Position numbers and translations under genes: made by a program. A stretch of 64,000 bases of DNA from a bacterium (GTDB lineage Bacteria; RBG-13-61-14; DATKZS01): the NCBI GenBank assembly GCA_963674965.2, contig CAXXFL010000007.1, forward strand, positions 192,001 through 256,000, given 5' to 3'. The notes beneath the pieces are model-generated. The model made no database searches and was not told the origin of the DNA. It saw only the letters and a list, made by a program, of their open reading frames with translations. Within the stretch, counting starts at the first letter, position 1. Every line of letters starts with the position of its first letter. Shown here one piece after another: positions 47,259 through 56,382 of the stretch.

Positions 47259-48740
47259 CTATTTTCCCAGATAGGCGTTGACGAGAAACATGGAAACGTC
47301 GGGCACGTAGGTAATCAGAATCAGAGCGGCCAGCATGGCCAGATAAAAGGGCCAGACCGCCCTGGTTACCTTTTCCATTTTGATCTCCCCGATGGCGCAG
47401 CCCACGAAGAGGACCGAGCCCACCGGCGGAGTGCAAAGGCCCACGCCCAGGTTGGCGATCATTATCATGCCGAAGTGCACGGGATGCACTCCAATATGCT
47501 GGGCCACGGGCAGGAGCACGGGAGTGGTGATGATTATCAATGGGGCCATGTCCATTACCATGCCCAAGGCCAAAAGCATGAGGTTGATAAGGGCCAGCAC
47601 CACGATCTTCTGGATAAAGGGATCGTCGGATATGGACAGGAGCCCGCCGGTGATGGCCTCGGGCACGTGGAGAACGGTGAGGCACCAGCCAAAAGCGGTG
47701 GCGTTCCCTATCAGCCACATGACCATGACGATGACCTTCATGGCCTGGACCGCCACCTTGGGATAATCCTTGATCGAGGATTCCTTGTAAAGCAGGGCGA
47801 AGACCAGAAAATTCACGATCAGGGCCCATACCACCGCTATAACGCTCGACTCGATGGCGGTAAACCATCCGAAGATTATGCCCCCCACGATGATGACGGG
47901 GCTGATGATGGGAAGGACCGCGTCCCTGACCACCACCGCGGTTCGGACCAGCCCCTCTTTTCCCCGACGGAAATAGACGCTGGCTAAAAGTCCACCCGCC
48001 AGGACCGCGACCCCCGCGGCCGCGAGCGGCCTCCCGATAACTCCCTTTGCCTGAAGGAAGATAAGCGCGCCGCCCAATACAAGGACCGCGGCGGTCTGGG
48101 CGACGCCCACCTTGACGCTGAGGTCGGATTCTTTCTTGTACTTCCTGGACACGGCGATGGTCACGGCCACGGTCATCAAAAGAAGTCCAACCAGCACGCC
48201 CGGGAGGATGCCGGCGATGAAGAGGGCCTCGATGCCCGCGACACCTCCGGCGGCCAGCGAGAAGATAATGGCGTTGTGGCTTGGCGGGATAAGCAGTCCC
48301 TGGGTGGACCCGGTTATGGTCACGGCGGTGGCGTAGCCGCGGTCGTTTCCCCTCTCGACCATCGACGGGATCAGCGTCGAGCCCACCGCCGAGGTCGCCG
48401 CCACGGCCGAGCCGGAAATGGCGCCGAAAAACATGCTCGAGAGGATGTTGACCACCGCCAGCCCACCCGGCATCCAGCCCACCAGCAGGGAGGCCAGGTC
48501 CACCATCTTGCGCGCCATGCCCCCTTGGCTCATGATGGCCCCCGCCAGAACGAAAAAGGGGATAGCCATAAGGGAGTCCTTGTCCATGCCCGCGAAAATA
48601 AGCTGAGCCGTTACCACCGGGTCCTTGCCGATGGCCAGCATGGTGACCAAAGAGGAAATGCCCATGGCGAAGGAAATAGGCACCCGTAGCGCGATAAGGG
48701 CGGCGAACAGGCCGAGAAGCAGGAAAGCCTCAGGTCTCAT
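47259..48740 (-). CDS. TRAP transporter large permease (DctM family)
   Basis: LMAIPFFVLAG, FGAISGSAVA, LLIPPSH, LFIAGILPG, GWFTAIESS, GVHPVHFG, GLCTPPVG; GAGGAGG SD before ATG 48740. Confidence 0.92.
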   Translation of the reverse strand: MRPEAFLLLGLFAALIALRVPISFAMGISSLVTMLAIGKDPVVTAQLIFAGMDKDSLMAIPFFVLAGAIMSQGGMARKMVDLASLLVGWMPGGLAVVNILSSMFFGAISGSAVAATSAVGSTLIPSMVERGNDRGYATAVTITGSTQGLLIPPSHNAIIFSLAAGGVAGIEALFIAGILPGVLVGLLLMTVAVTIAVSRKYKKESDLSVKVGVAQTAAVLVLGGALIFLQAKGVIGRPLAAAGVAVLAGGLLASVYFRRGKEGLVRTAVVVRDAVLPIISPVIIVGGIIFGWFTAIESSVIAVVWALIVNFLVFALLYKESSIKDYPKVAVQAMKVIVMVMWLIGNATAFGWCLTVLHVPEAITGGLLSISDDPFIQKIVVLALINLMLLALGMVMDMAPLIIITTPVLLPVAQHIGVHPVHFGMIMIANLGVGLCTPPVGSVLFVGCAIGEIKMEKVTRAVWPFYLAMLAALILITYVPDVSMFLVNAYLGK

Positions 48741-49224
48741 CCCGGACCTCCTCGCGGGACGCCCGCTCGACGCCAATATGCTCGAGGGCGGCCAGACATA
48801 ACAGGAAGCCGGTCACGGGAAGGGGAAGGTAGGAAAGTCCCGCCGGCATCTTGGTGCCGGGAAGCGGCTGATGCATGAACTCCGTCACCAGGGTTATCCC
48901 GCCGACGAGCAGGAAGGCGGAGAAAACGAGAACGATGGCCTCTCCGCCTATCAGCACTCTCCTTTTCACGGTGGGACTCATCTTGTCCACTATAAACTCG
49001 AGGGCGATGTGTCCTCTTTCGCGATGCAAAAAGGCCGATCCCAGGCACCCCATCCAGACCATGCACAGGAGCACGAGTTCCTTGGTCCAAGAGGGCGTGT
49101 TATCGGTGAATGTCCTCATAGATATCTCGTAGGTCTCGAGAATTACCATGAGGCTGAGAAGGATCACGGTGATCCAGCGGGTTGCCGCGAAGAGCGGTTC
49201 GATCGATCGGGTGTACTTTTCCAT
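48730..49224 (-). CDS. TRAP transporter small permease (DctQ family)
   Basis: Four TMs; TPSWTKEL, GHIALEF; overlaps the dctM-like start. Confidence 0.85.
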   Translation of the reverse strand: MEKYTRSIEPLFAATRWITVILLSLMVILETYEISMRTFTDNTPSWTKELVLLCMVWMGCLGSAFLHRERGHIALEFIVDKMSPTVKRRVLIGGEAIVLVFSAFLLVGGITLVTEFMHQPLPGTKMPAGLSYLPLPVTGFLLCLAALEHIGVERASREEVRDET

Positions 49225-49333
49225 TTTCAACTCACGAGGTCCATCGGGGCGACGGCCCCCAGTTTAATGACGATTTTTGCACATGGGGCCGTTCCTGTCC
49301 AATGTATGGAAAGGAACTGAGTGGGCGCGCTGT

Positions 49334-50296
49334 TTAAAGGGGAGCGGGGGTCGAGTCGACGATTTCCTCGATGGCCTCCCGGGCGGTCCTTCTTTTCTCG
49401 CCGGACGGTCCGGCCCCGGCGGGGACCACGCGGTGGGCGAGAACGGGCACGGCCATGTCCTTGACGTCGTCGGGCAGGACGAAGTCCCTTCCCTCGAGCA
49501 GGGCGTTGGCCTTGCATGCCTGCCGCAGCGCCAGCGATCCCCTGGGGCTGGCGCCCAGTCTAAGACCCGGGCGGTTCCTCGTTCGTCCCACTATCTCCAG
49601 CAGGTAGTCGGCCACCTCGGGTCCCATCCTTACGGAGTCCACCTTTTGCTGCCACGAGATGATTTCCTCGGCGCCCATGACGGAGGGGATATCCAGGGTC
49701 GCGGGACCGGATCGGGGCCGCGTCAGCATCTCCCTCTCCCTCTCGAGGGACGGATACCCCACGGGCACGCTCATGAGGAAGCGGTCGAGCTGGCTGTCGG
49801 GCAGGGGGTAAGTTCCATGGTGCTCGATGGGGTTTTCAGTGGCGATGACCATGAAGGGATGGGGAAGGGAGATGGTCTCGCCCTCGATGGTCACCTGGTT
49901 CTCGCTCATGGCCTCGAGCAGGGCGCTTTGAGTGCGGGGAGTGGTGCGGTTGATCTCGTCGGCCAGCACCACGCAGTGGAAGATGGGCCCGGGCATGAAC
50001 TTGAACTCTCCAGCCGCGGGCTCGTAGACCTTTACGCCCAGTATGTCGGATGGAAGCAAGTCGGAGGTGAACTGGATTCGCCGGAAGGAGCAGTCGATGG
50101 ACCTGGCCAGCGCCCGGGCCAGGGTGGTCTTGCCCACTCCCGGCACGTCGTCGATCAGCACGTGTCCCCGCGCCAGCATGGACACGAGCATCTTCCTTAC
50201 CACCTCCTCCTTGCCCAGGATCACCGAGCTTATCGATTCCCCCAGCTTCTTAAGCCCGTCGGGAGCGGAAAAACCATCGTCCATCTTTTTAGCCAA
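49334..50296 (-). CDS. MoxR family AAA+ ATPase
   Basis: GHVLIDDVPGVGKT, RIQFTSDLLPSD, GPIF, LADEINR, QSALLEAM, ATENP, YPLP.SQLDRF, GASPR, LAHR. Confidence 0.93.
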   Translation of the reverse strand: MAKKMDDGFSAPDGLKKLGESISSVILGKEEVVRKMLVSMLARGHVLIDDVPGVGKTTLARALARSIDCSFRRIQFTSDLLPSDILGVKVYEPAAGEFKFMPGPIFHCVVLADEINRTTPRTQSALLEAMSENQVTIEGETISLPHPFMVIATENPIEHHGTYPLPDSQLDRFLMSVPVGYPSLEREREMLTRPRSGPATLDIPSVMGAEEIISWQQKVDSVRMGPEVADYLLEIVGRTRNRPGLRLGASPRGSLALRQACKANALLEGRDFVLPDDVKDMAVPVLAHRVVPAGAGPSGEKRRTAREAIEEIVDSTPAPL

Positions 50297-50365
50297 ACCC
50301 GTGCCTCCTATTAACCCGGACGAAATACTGAGCTTCCGTCGCGGTCCACTCGTCGGCCTCCGCGC

Positions 50366-51358
50366 TTACTTATTCGCCAGGTCGCGGGATGTGACCCTCT
50401 CTTGCCGGTCGGATAAAACGCGGTGAGACTTTTTCTGGAACCGCGCCTCCCTCGTCCCGTCGGGTCTTCTTTTCCACCGGTTGTGGGCCCAAAGCCACTG
50501 CTCGGGGTATTGCCTTATCGTGCTTTCCACCTCGTTGGCGATGAGTTGGGTCACGACCCGGTTGTTCTCGTCCGCGTCGGCCGTAATCTCGTACTCGAGC
50601 GGCTTTTTGAACACCACGCGAAAATGCCCGGGCTTCGTCCTGATAATCCAATAGGGTATGAGCGGTATGTCGTACTTCCAGGCAAGGTAGCCGGGAACAA
50701 CGTGGCTCGAGGCCTCCCTCCCGAAAAAATTGACGAATATGCCCTGCTTGCTTCTCGATTCCTGGTCCATGTAAAGGCCGATCAACTCGCCCCTCTCCGC
50801 CCTCTCCACGATGAGCTTGCCGGTGCCGCTGGTGGTGACGATCCTGCCCCCGAACTTGTCGGCCAGAAAGTCCAGAAGCTCCTGCATGTAAGGGTTGCGA
50901 AGAGGCCGCGCCACCATGTTGAAACCCGGGCATTTGGGAAAGCGATAGAGCACCGAGCCCATCGAGGTCCAGCCCCCGAAGTGGCCGCCGAAAACGAAAA
51001 ACCCCTTGCCCTCCTCGATGCACTTGTCCACGTGCTCTCCTCCCACGATCTCGAAATGCTTCTCCCATTTGGGATACATGGCGTCCATGCATAAAAGCTC
51101 GCCAAAGCTGAGGCAGAGATTGATCATGGACTCCCTGGCTATCCGCTCCTTCTCGGAGGCGCTCATCGATTCGCCGAAGGCATGGTCCAGATTATAGAGC
51201 ATGAGCTCGCGCCGGTTGCGCAAAAGACGATAGGCCAGCGCGCCCACCGCCCGGGATACCGCGAACGTAATTCCCATTGGAATAAAGCGGCAGAGAAACA
51301 GATTGAACTTGGCTATGGCGTAAACTGTCCAGTTAATTATTTTCATCAGTCCCCTCAT
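50366..51358 (-). CDS. Lipid A late acyltransferase-like (LpxL/HtrB family), paralogue 2
   Basis: YNLDHAF, GGHFGGW, ARPLRNP, LYMDQ, FVNFFG, YPEQWLWAHNRWK; downstream of lpxK. Confidence 0.8.
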   Translation of the reverse strand: MRGLMKIINWTVYAIAKFNLFLCRFIPMGITFAVSRAVGALAYRLLRNRRELMLYNLDHAFGESMSASEKERIARESMINLCLSFGELLCMDAMYPKWEKHFEIVGGEHVDKCIEEGKGFFVFGGHFGGWTSMGSVLYRFPKCPGFNMVARPLRNPYMQELLDFLADKFGGRIVTTSGTGKLIVERAERGELIGLYMDQESRSKQGIFVNFFGREASSHVVPGYLAWKYDIPLIPYWIIRTKPGHFRVVFKKPLEYEITADADENNRVVTQLIANEVESTIRQYPEQWLWAHNRWKRRPDGTREARFQKKSHRVLSDRQERVTSRDLANK

Positions 51359-51396
51359 TTATTAAGCGCGGCCGAGAGTCGATCGGGGATCGAAGT

Positions 51397-52410
51397 TCAA
51401 TCGCGCCTTCCTCTCTCGCTCTCCCAGTTTTTCGACCTTTCCGCCGCCTCCTTGGAGGTCATGAAGGCGCCCTTCTTTTTATATTTCATCCGCCTTCTCT
51501 CAAACCTGGGATCGATCGTTCCATCCGGGCGTCTGCGCCAGCGGTTATGGGCCCACAGCCATTGCTCGGGATATTCCTTGATGGTCCGCTCCACCTCGTT
51601 GGCAATAAGCTGCGTGACGACGCGATTGTTTTCATCGGGGTCGTCCGTCAACTCGTACTTCAAAGGCTCGCGCAGTATTACCCGGTACTTTCCAGGCTTT
51701 TCCCGCAATACCCAGTAAGGAATAAGAGGTATGTCGTTCTTCCACGCCAGGTAGCCGGGGACCACGTGACTGCTCGCCTTCCTTCCGAAAAAGTCCACGA
51801 ATATGCCCTGGCTTCCCTTTGATTCCTGGTCCATATACAGTCCTATCAACTCTCCTTTTAACGCCCGTTCCTCGATCAGGGCCCCGGTCCCGCTGGTGCT
51901 GACGTACTTTCCCTTGTGCTTCTCGATGAAGTGCTCGAACAACCCCTGGATATAGGGGTTCCTCACCGGGCGAGCCACCAGGTTGAATCCGGGACAACGG
52001 TCGAATCGATAACATACGCAGGCGTTAAGGGTCCACGCCCCGAAATGGCCGCCGAAGACGAAAAACCCCTTGCCCTGGTCGATGACCTTCTCCACGTGCT
52101 CGTCGCCCTCGATGATAAAATGCTCCCGCCAGTTTTCGTAAATCTGGTCCATGTGTATCAACTCGCCAAGGCTCCAGAAAAGGTGCTCGAAGCATTTCGC
52201 GGCGATCTCTTCCCTTTGTTCCTCGGTGGTATGGTCTCCCAGGGCTATCTCCAGGTTGTACATCATAAGCTCGCGTCTTTTCTTCATCAGCCGGTAGGCT
52301 ACGCGGCCCAGGCCTCCCGTCCACCAGTAGGTAAAGCTCATCGGAACGATCCTGGCGATCCAGACCACCAGTTGCAGGATTCCGAAAATTACCATGTTCC
52401 AGAACTTCAA
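51397..52410 (-). CDS. Lipid A late acyltransferase-like (LpxL/HtrB family), paralogue 1
   Basis: YNLEIAL, GGHFGAW, ARPVRNP, LYMDQ, FVDFFG, YPEQWLWAHNRWR; highly similar to the neighbouring gene. Confidence 0.8.
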   Translation of the reverse strand: MKFWNMVIFGILQLVVWIARIVPMSFTYWWTGGLGRVAYRLMKKRRELMMYNLEIALGDHTTEEQREEIAAKCFEHLFWSLGELIHMDQIYENWREHFIIEGDEHVEKVIDQGKGFFVFGGHFGAWTLNACVCYRFDRCPGFNLVARPVRNPYIQGLFEHFIEKHKGKYVSTSGTGALIEERALKGELIGLYMDQESKGSQGIFVDFFGRKASSHVVPGYLAWKNDIPLIPYWVLREKPGKYRVILREPLKYELTDDPDENNRVVTQLIANEVERTIKEYPEQWLWAHNRWRRRPDGTIDPRFERRRMKYKKKGAFMTSKEAAERSKNWESERGRRD

Positions 52411-53519
52411 ATTACTTCCTCCTTATCCTCAACCATATCGAGCATTCTCGAGAAAAATTCATTTTCCTTTCCGAAAAAATCCAGTTCGATCGCGAGGGCG
52501 GCCAGTGGAAAGCCCCCGGTCCAGGCCGGATCGATCTTTACCATGTCCTTTTCAGTCGTTACCACCGCCGCCGCGCCCGACGACTCGGCCCGGCGCGTCA
52601 GTTCCATAAGTTCCCTTTCAGTATAGGCGTGATGGTCCCTAAAGGAAACCATACCGGTCACTTTCAGCCCGGCTTCTTCCAAGGTCCGCGCAAAGGCCTC
52701 GGGCGATCCTATTGCGCAGAAGGCTAAAACGGCCTCGTTCGAGCCGATCTCTCGAGTAATTCCCAAGGGACGTGGACGCGAGAGGAAAAGGGAGGGACCC
52801 GCCCGAAACCTATCAAGCCACGGCCAGGGGGGAGGCTCCGGGGAGTGAGACCTCGAGACCACCACCATGCCCGCCCGGGCCACCGCGGACATTGGTTCCC
52901 TTCGGGGCCCCCTTGGCAAGAGGTACTCGTCCGACGGGTCGCGTTCCGCGTCAACCACCAGTATATCCAGGTCCCGTTGCAGGGCCAGGTGCCCGAAGCC
53001 GTCGTCAAGCACGAGGTATTGGGCGCCGAAGCTCGAGACGGCGAGCCTCGCGGCCAAAGTCCTCTTTGCTCCTATTATCACGGGCACTCCCGGCAGTTTT
53101 CTCGCCAATAAAAAAGGCTCGTCCCCCGCCTCTTTCGGTCCGAGAAGTATCTCGGACCCGTTTGAGACGATGGCCGCGCCCTTGCTCTTTCCCTTGTATC
53201 CTCTGCTTATTATGGCCGGGCCTAGTCCCCTTTCCCGGAGTTCCCGAGCGATCGCCGCCACAAGCGGGGTCTTGCCCACGCCTCCCACCGTCAGGTTCCC
53301 CACCACGATAACCCGCGCGTCCACCTGGGTGGATTCGAGACGGCCCGTTTCATAGGCGAGTTCCCTGGCCCTGGCGGCGCCGCCATATAGAAAGGAAGCG
53401 CAAAGGAGAGGGCTGAGGATTAACCTTTTGGTAAAGGACGTCCCGCCTCGGGGCGACCAAACAAGGTCTTCCCATTTTTTGCTCGCGGGTTTCATATCCT
53501 TGGGGTTCGAGGCCGTCAA
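52407..53519 (-). CDS. lpxK: Tetraacyldisaccharide 4'-kinase
   Basis: VIVVGNLTVGGVGKTP, ISRGYKG, GDEPFLL, LDDGFGH, LPRGPRREP, FCAIGSP, FRDHHAY, TTEKDMVK. Start may be ATG 53495. Confidence 0.92.
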   Translation of the reverse strand: MTASNPKDMKPASKKWEDLVWSPRGGTSFTKRLILSPLLCASFLYGGAARARELAYETGRLESTQVDARVIVVGNLTVGGVGKTPLVAAIARELRERGLGPAIISRGYKGKSKGAAIVSNGSEILLGPKEAGDEPFLLARKLPGVPVIIGAKRTLAARLAVSSFGAQYLVLDDGFGHLALQRDLDILVVDAERDPSDEYLLPRGPRREPMSAVARAGMVVVSRSHSPEPPPWPWLDRFRAGPSLFLSRPRPLGITREIGSNEAVLAFCAIGSPEAFARTLEEAGLKVTGMVSFRDHHAYTERELMELTRRAESSGAAAVVTTEKDMVKIDPAWTGGFPLAALAIELDFFGKENEFFSRMLDMVEDKEEVI

Positions 53520-53560
53520 AACGCTCGCTTGGGTACCCTAGGCGTCTTCACGCTTTTGGT

Positions 53561-55414
53561 TCATTGCGCTTCCTCTTCCAATTCCAGGCCGCCATTATCG
53601 GGTTCCTTGTCCGCGTAGTGGTCCACGGCGTGCTTGCCCAGGAAGAACTGCATCTCGTATAGCCTCCTGTACTCGCCGTCCTGGCCCATGAGCTGCACGT
53701 GAGTCCCCTGCTCGACGACCCGTCCGTCCTTGATGACGACGATCTTGTCGGCGTGCCGTATGGTGGAAAGCCGGTGCGCGATGGCGATGGTCGTCCTGTC
53801 CCTCATGAGGCTGTCCAGGGCCTTTTGCACTTCCCTTTCGCTGGTGGTGTCGAGGGCGGAGGTGGCCTCGTCCAGGACGAGAATGGGCGGGTCCTTTAAA
53901 AGGGCCCGGGCGATGGCCAGGCGCTGTTTCTCGCCGCCCGAGAGCCTGACGCCCCTCTCCCCGATAACGGTGTCGTAGCCCTTGGGAAGCTGGGTGATGA
54001 AGTCGTGAGCGTTGGCCACCTTGGCCGCGGCCATCACGTGGTCCATGCCCTTACCCTCGGAGCCGTAGAGGATGTTCTGGGCCACGGTCAGGTTAAAAAG
54101 GAAGGTTTCCTGCGTCACTACTCCAATCTGCATGCGCAGGCTCCTGAGGGTCGCCCTCCTTATGTCCAGGCCGTCGATCTTGATGGACCCTTCCTGGATG
54201 TCGTAGAACCTGGGCAGCAGGTTGACCACCGTGCTCTTGCCCGAGCCCGACTCTCCCACCAGGGCCACCAGCTCGCCGGCCTTGATTTCAAGGTTGAAGT
54301 CCCTGAGCACGTAGTCCTTGTCGTACTTGAAGTTGACGCCCTCGTAAACGATGGACTCGCGCATGTTGGGAATCTCGACGGCCTCCTCGTCCTCGGTGAC
54401 GGTGCTGGTCCGCTCGAAGGTCTCCCGTATCCTTTCCATGGCGCCGTAGGCCGCGGTGAACTGGCCCGCCGTGGTTCCCAGTTTTCTCACCGGAGTGTAC
54501 ATAAGGGCCAGCGCGATGAGAAAGCTAGACACCTTGGTAAAGAACTCCCTCATGGCCTCGTCGTTACTGAGGAGCTCGGGGTCTATGTTATAGACCAGGT
54601 AGTAGGCGATGGGCGCTATGGCGAAGGCCGCTATAAAGCCGATCAGGGGAGAGATCATGTGCTTGACGGCGGCGAACTTGAAGTTAATCTTGAGCAGGCT
54701 GTTGGTCTCGTCCGCGTATTTGTCGACCTCCCTATCCTCCATGGCGAAGGCTTTCACCACCTTGGCTCCCGAATAGGTCTCCTGCATGGTGCTGTTTATC
54801 TCCGCCACCTGGCTGAGTCCCTTCTTGGTGTAGGACTTCATGGCCGTGCTGATGCGCTGGACCGGATACACCGTGGCCGGTATGGCCAGGATGGCGAAGG
54901 CCGAGAGCTTGGGGTCCTGGTAAAAACACACCCCCGCCAGGAAGATAAGAGTAAAAACGTTGTGGAGAACGTCAATGGACATGGGAACGACGCGGTTCAT
55001 TCGTGAGACGTCGTTCACCGTTCTCGACATCATCTTGCCCGTTGTGGTCCTTTCATAGTGGTCGAGAGAGAGGTACATGAAGTGTTTGTAAAGGGCCACC
55101 TGCATGTCTCTTACCACTCTAATGCACAGCCTCTCGAGCAGGTACTTGGATGAAAAGTTGAAGATGCCGCGCCAGGCGAAGATGACGATGATTCCCACCG
55201 GCACGAGCCAGAGAATTTCTCTGCCCTTTTCGGGGTTCAGCACGAAGAACTCCGTAAAGGGGGAGGCCAGTCCAGCCAGGCCCGGATCGGCGGCCGAGGC
55301 CATAACGGAAAGAATCAACACCACCCAGAGCATGCCCTTGTAGGGCTTGAAATAGGGCCAGGCGTATTGCCAGGTAAGTTTATATTGCGCGACCTTATCG
55401 TTATTTTGACTCAA
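53561..55414 (-). CDS. msbA: Lipid A export ABC transporter (MsbA-like)
   Basis: TMD + NBD: GESGSGKST, LSGGEKQRLAIARA, LDEATSALD, IAHRLST. TTG start at 55414 follows GGAGA and overlaps the upstream stop; lies next to lpxK. Confidence 0.85.
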   Translation of the reverse strand: MSQNNDKVAQYKLTWQYAWPYFKPYKGMLWVVLILSVMASAADPGLAGLASPFTEFFVLNPEKGREILWLVPVGIIVIFAWRGIFNFSSKYLLERLCIRVVRDMQVALYKHFMYLSLDHYERTTTGKMMSRTVNDVSRMNRVVPMSIDVLHNVFTLIFLAGVCFYQDPKLSAFAILAIPATVYPVQRISTAMKSYTKKGLSQVAEINSTMQETYSGAKVVKAFAMEDREVDKYADETNSLLKINFKFAAVKHMISPLIGFIAAFAIAPIAYYLVYNIDPELLSNDEAMREFFTKVSSFLIALALMYTPVRKLGTTAGQFTAAYGAMERIRETFERTSTVTEDEEAVEIPNMRESIVYEGVNFKYDKDYVLRDFNLEIKAGELVALVGESGSGKSTVVNLLPRFYDIQEGSIKIDGLDIRRATLRSLRMQIGVVTQETFLFNLTVAQNILYGSEGKGMDHVMAAAKVANAHDFITQLPKGYDTVIGERGVRLSGGEKQRLAIARALLKDPPILVLDEATSALDTTSEREVQKALDSLMRDRTTIAIAHRLSTIRHADKIVVIKDGRVVEQGTHVQLMGQDGEYRRLYEMQFFLGKHAVDHYADKEPDNGGLELEEEAQ

Positions 55415-56382
55415 GACAAATCTCCATGACCCGGCGGCGACCCTATCCGCTCGAGAACGGCGAGGGCGACCTCGAGGGCCCTCCTCGCGTCCTCCCCCGT
55501 GACCAGGGGCTTTTGCCGGGTCTTGACGCACTTTATAAAGGATAGCACCTCGAGCTCGAGCGCGTCTTTTTGATCGAGGGGCACCTCGTCAATCTGTATC
55601 CTGGACATGGGGTCCGAGCTGTCGCCCTCCCCGAGGGTGAATACCGCCATCCTCTGGGTCTGATAGTCTATGCTGGTATAGCTTTCGCTTTGGAAAATCC
55701 TGATTTTCCTGATTCCTTCACCCAGGGAAACCCTGCTGGCGGTAAGGTTGGCCACGGCCCCGTTCTCGAACTCGAGGCGGGCGTTGGCTATATCGACTTT
55801 CTCCGACAGCACGGGTATGCCCACGGCCGAAATCCTGGAAATTGACGACTTGACGAAGCTTAGCACTATGTCCAGGTCGTGGATCATCAGATCGAGCACC
55901 ACGTCGATGTTGGCCGCTCTTTCCCGAAAAGGACCCAGCCTCTCGGCCTGGATAAAGGCGGGCTTAACCACCGAGTCGGCCAGTTTCAATATGGGCGGGT
56001 TGAAGCGCTCCAGGTGGCCGATGGTAAAAATTCGATCGTGTTTTCGCGCCAGCTCGATCAGCTCGTCGGCCTGGCCTACGGTCTCGGTAATGGGTTTCTC
56101 GAGCAGAACGTCAAGCCCGGCCTCGAGGCAGTCCCTTGCCATCTCGAAATGCAGGGGCGTGGGAGAGGCGATGGAAACGGCGTCGACTTCGCCGAAAACC
56201 TCGCGATAATCGGTCTTGGCGATCGCGCCCGAGGCCCGGGCGACCTCCTCGGCCCTTTTCCCGTCCCGGTCGACGCAATAGACAAGTTCGGCCTCGGAGG
56301 AGGAGGCGTACTTCTGGGCGTGGAACTTGCCCAGGTATCCCACCCCGATTACGGCGGTCCTGACCGGCGCGTCACTAGTCAT
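55411..56382 (-). CDS. Gfo/Idh/MocA oxidoreductase, probable UDP-GlcNAc 3-dehydrogenase (GnnA-like)
   Basis: IGVGYLGKFHA, LLEKPI, GHLERFNP, DVVLDLMIHDLD, DIANARL, TASRVS; located right after lpxA-lpxI. Confidence 0.8.
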   Translation of the reverse strand: MTSDAPVRTAVIGVGYLGKFHAQKYASSSEAELVYCVDRDGKRAEEVARASGAIAKTDYREVFGEVDAVSIASPTPLHFEMARDCLEAGLDVLLEKPITETVGQADELIELARKHDRIFTIGHLERFNPPILKLADSVVKPAFIQAERLGPFRERAANIDVVLDLMIHDLDIVLSFVKSSISRISAVGIPVLSEKVDIANARLEFENGAVANLTASRVSLGEGIRKIRIFQSESYTSIDYQTQRMAVFTLGEGDSSDPMSRIQIDEVPLDQKDALELEVLSFIKCVKTRQKPLVTGEDARRALEVALAVLERIGSPPGHGDLS

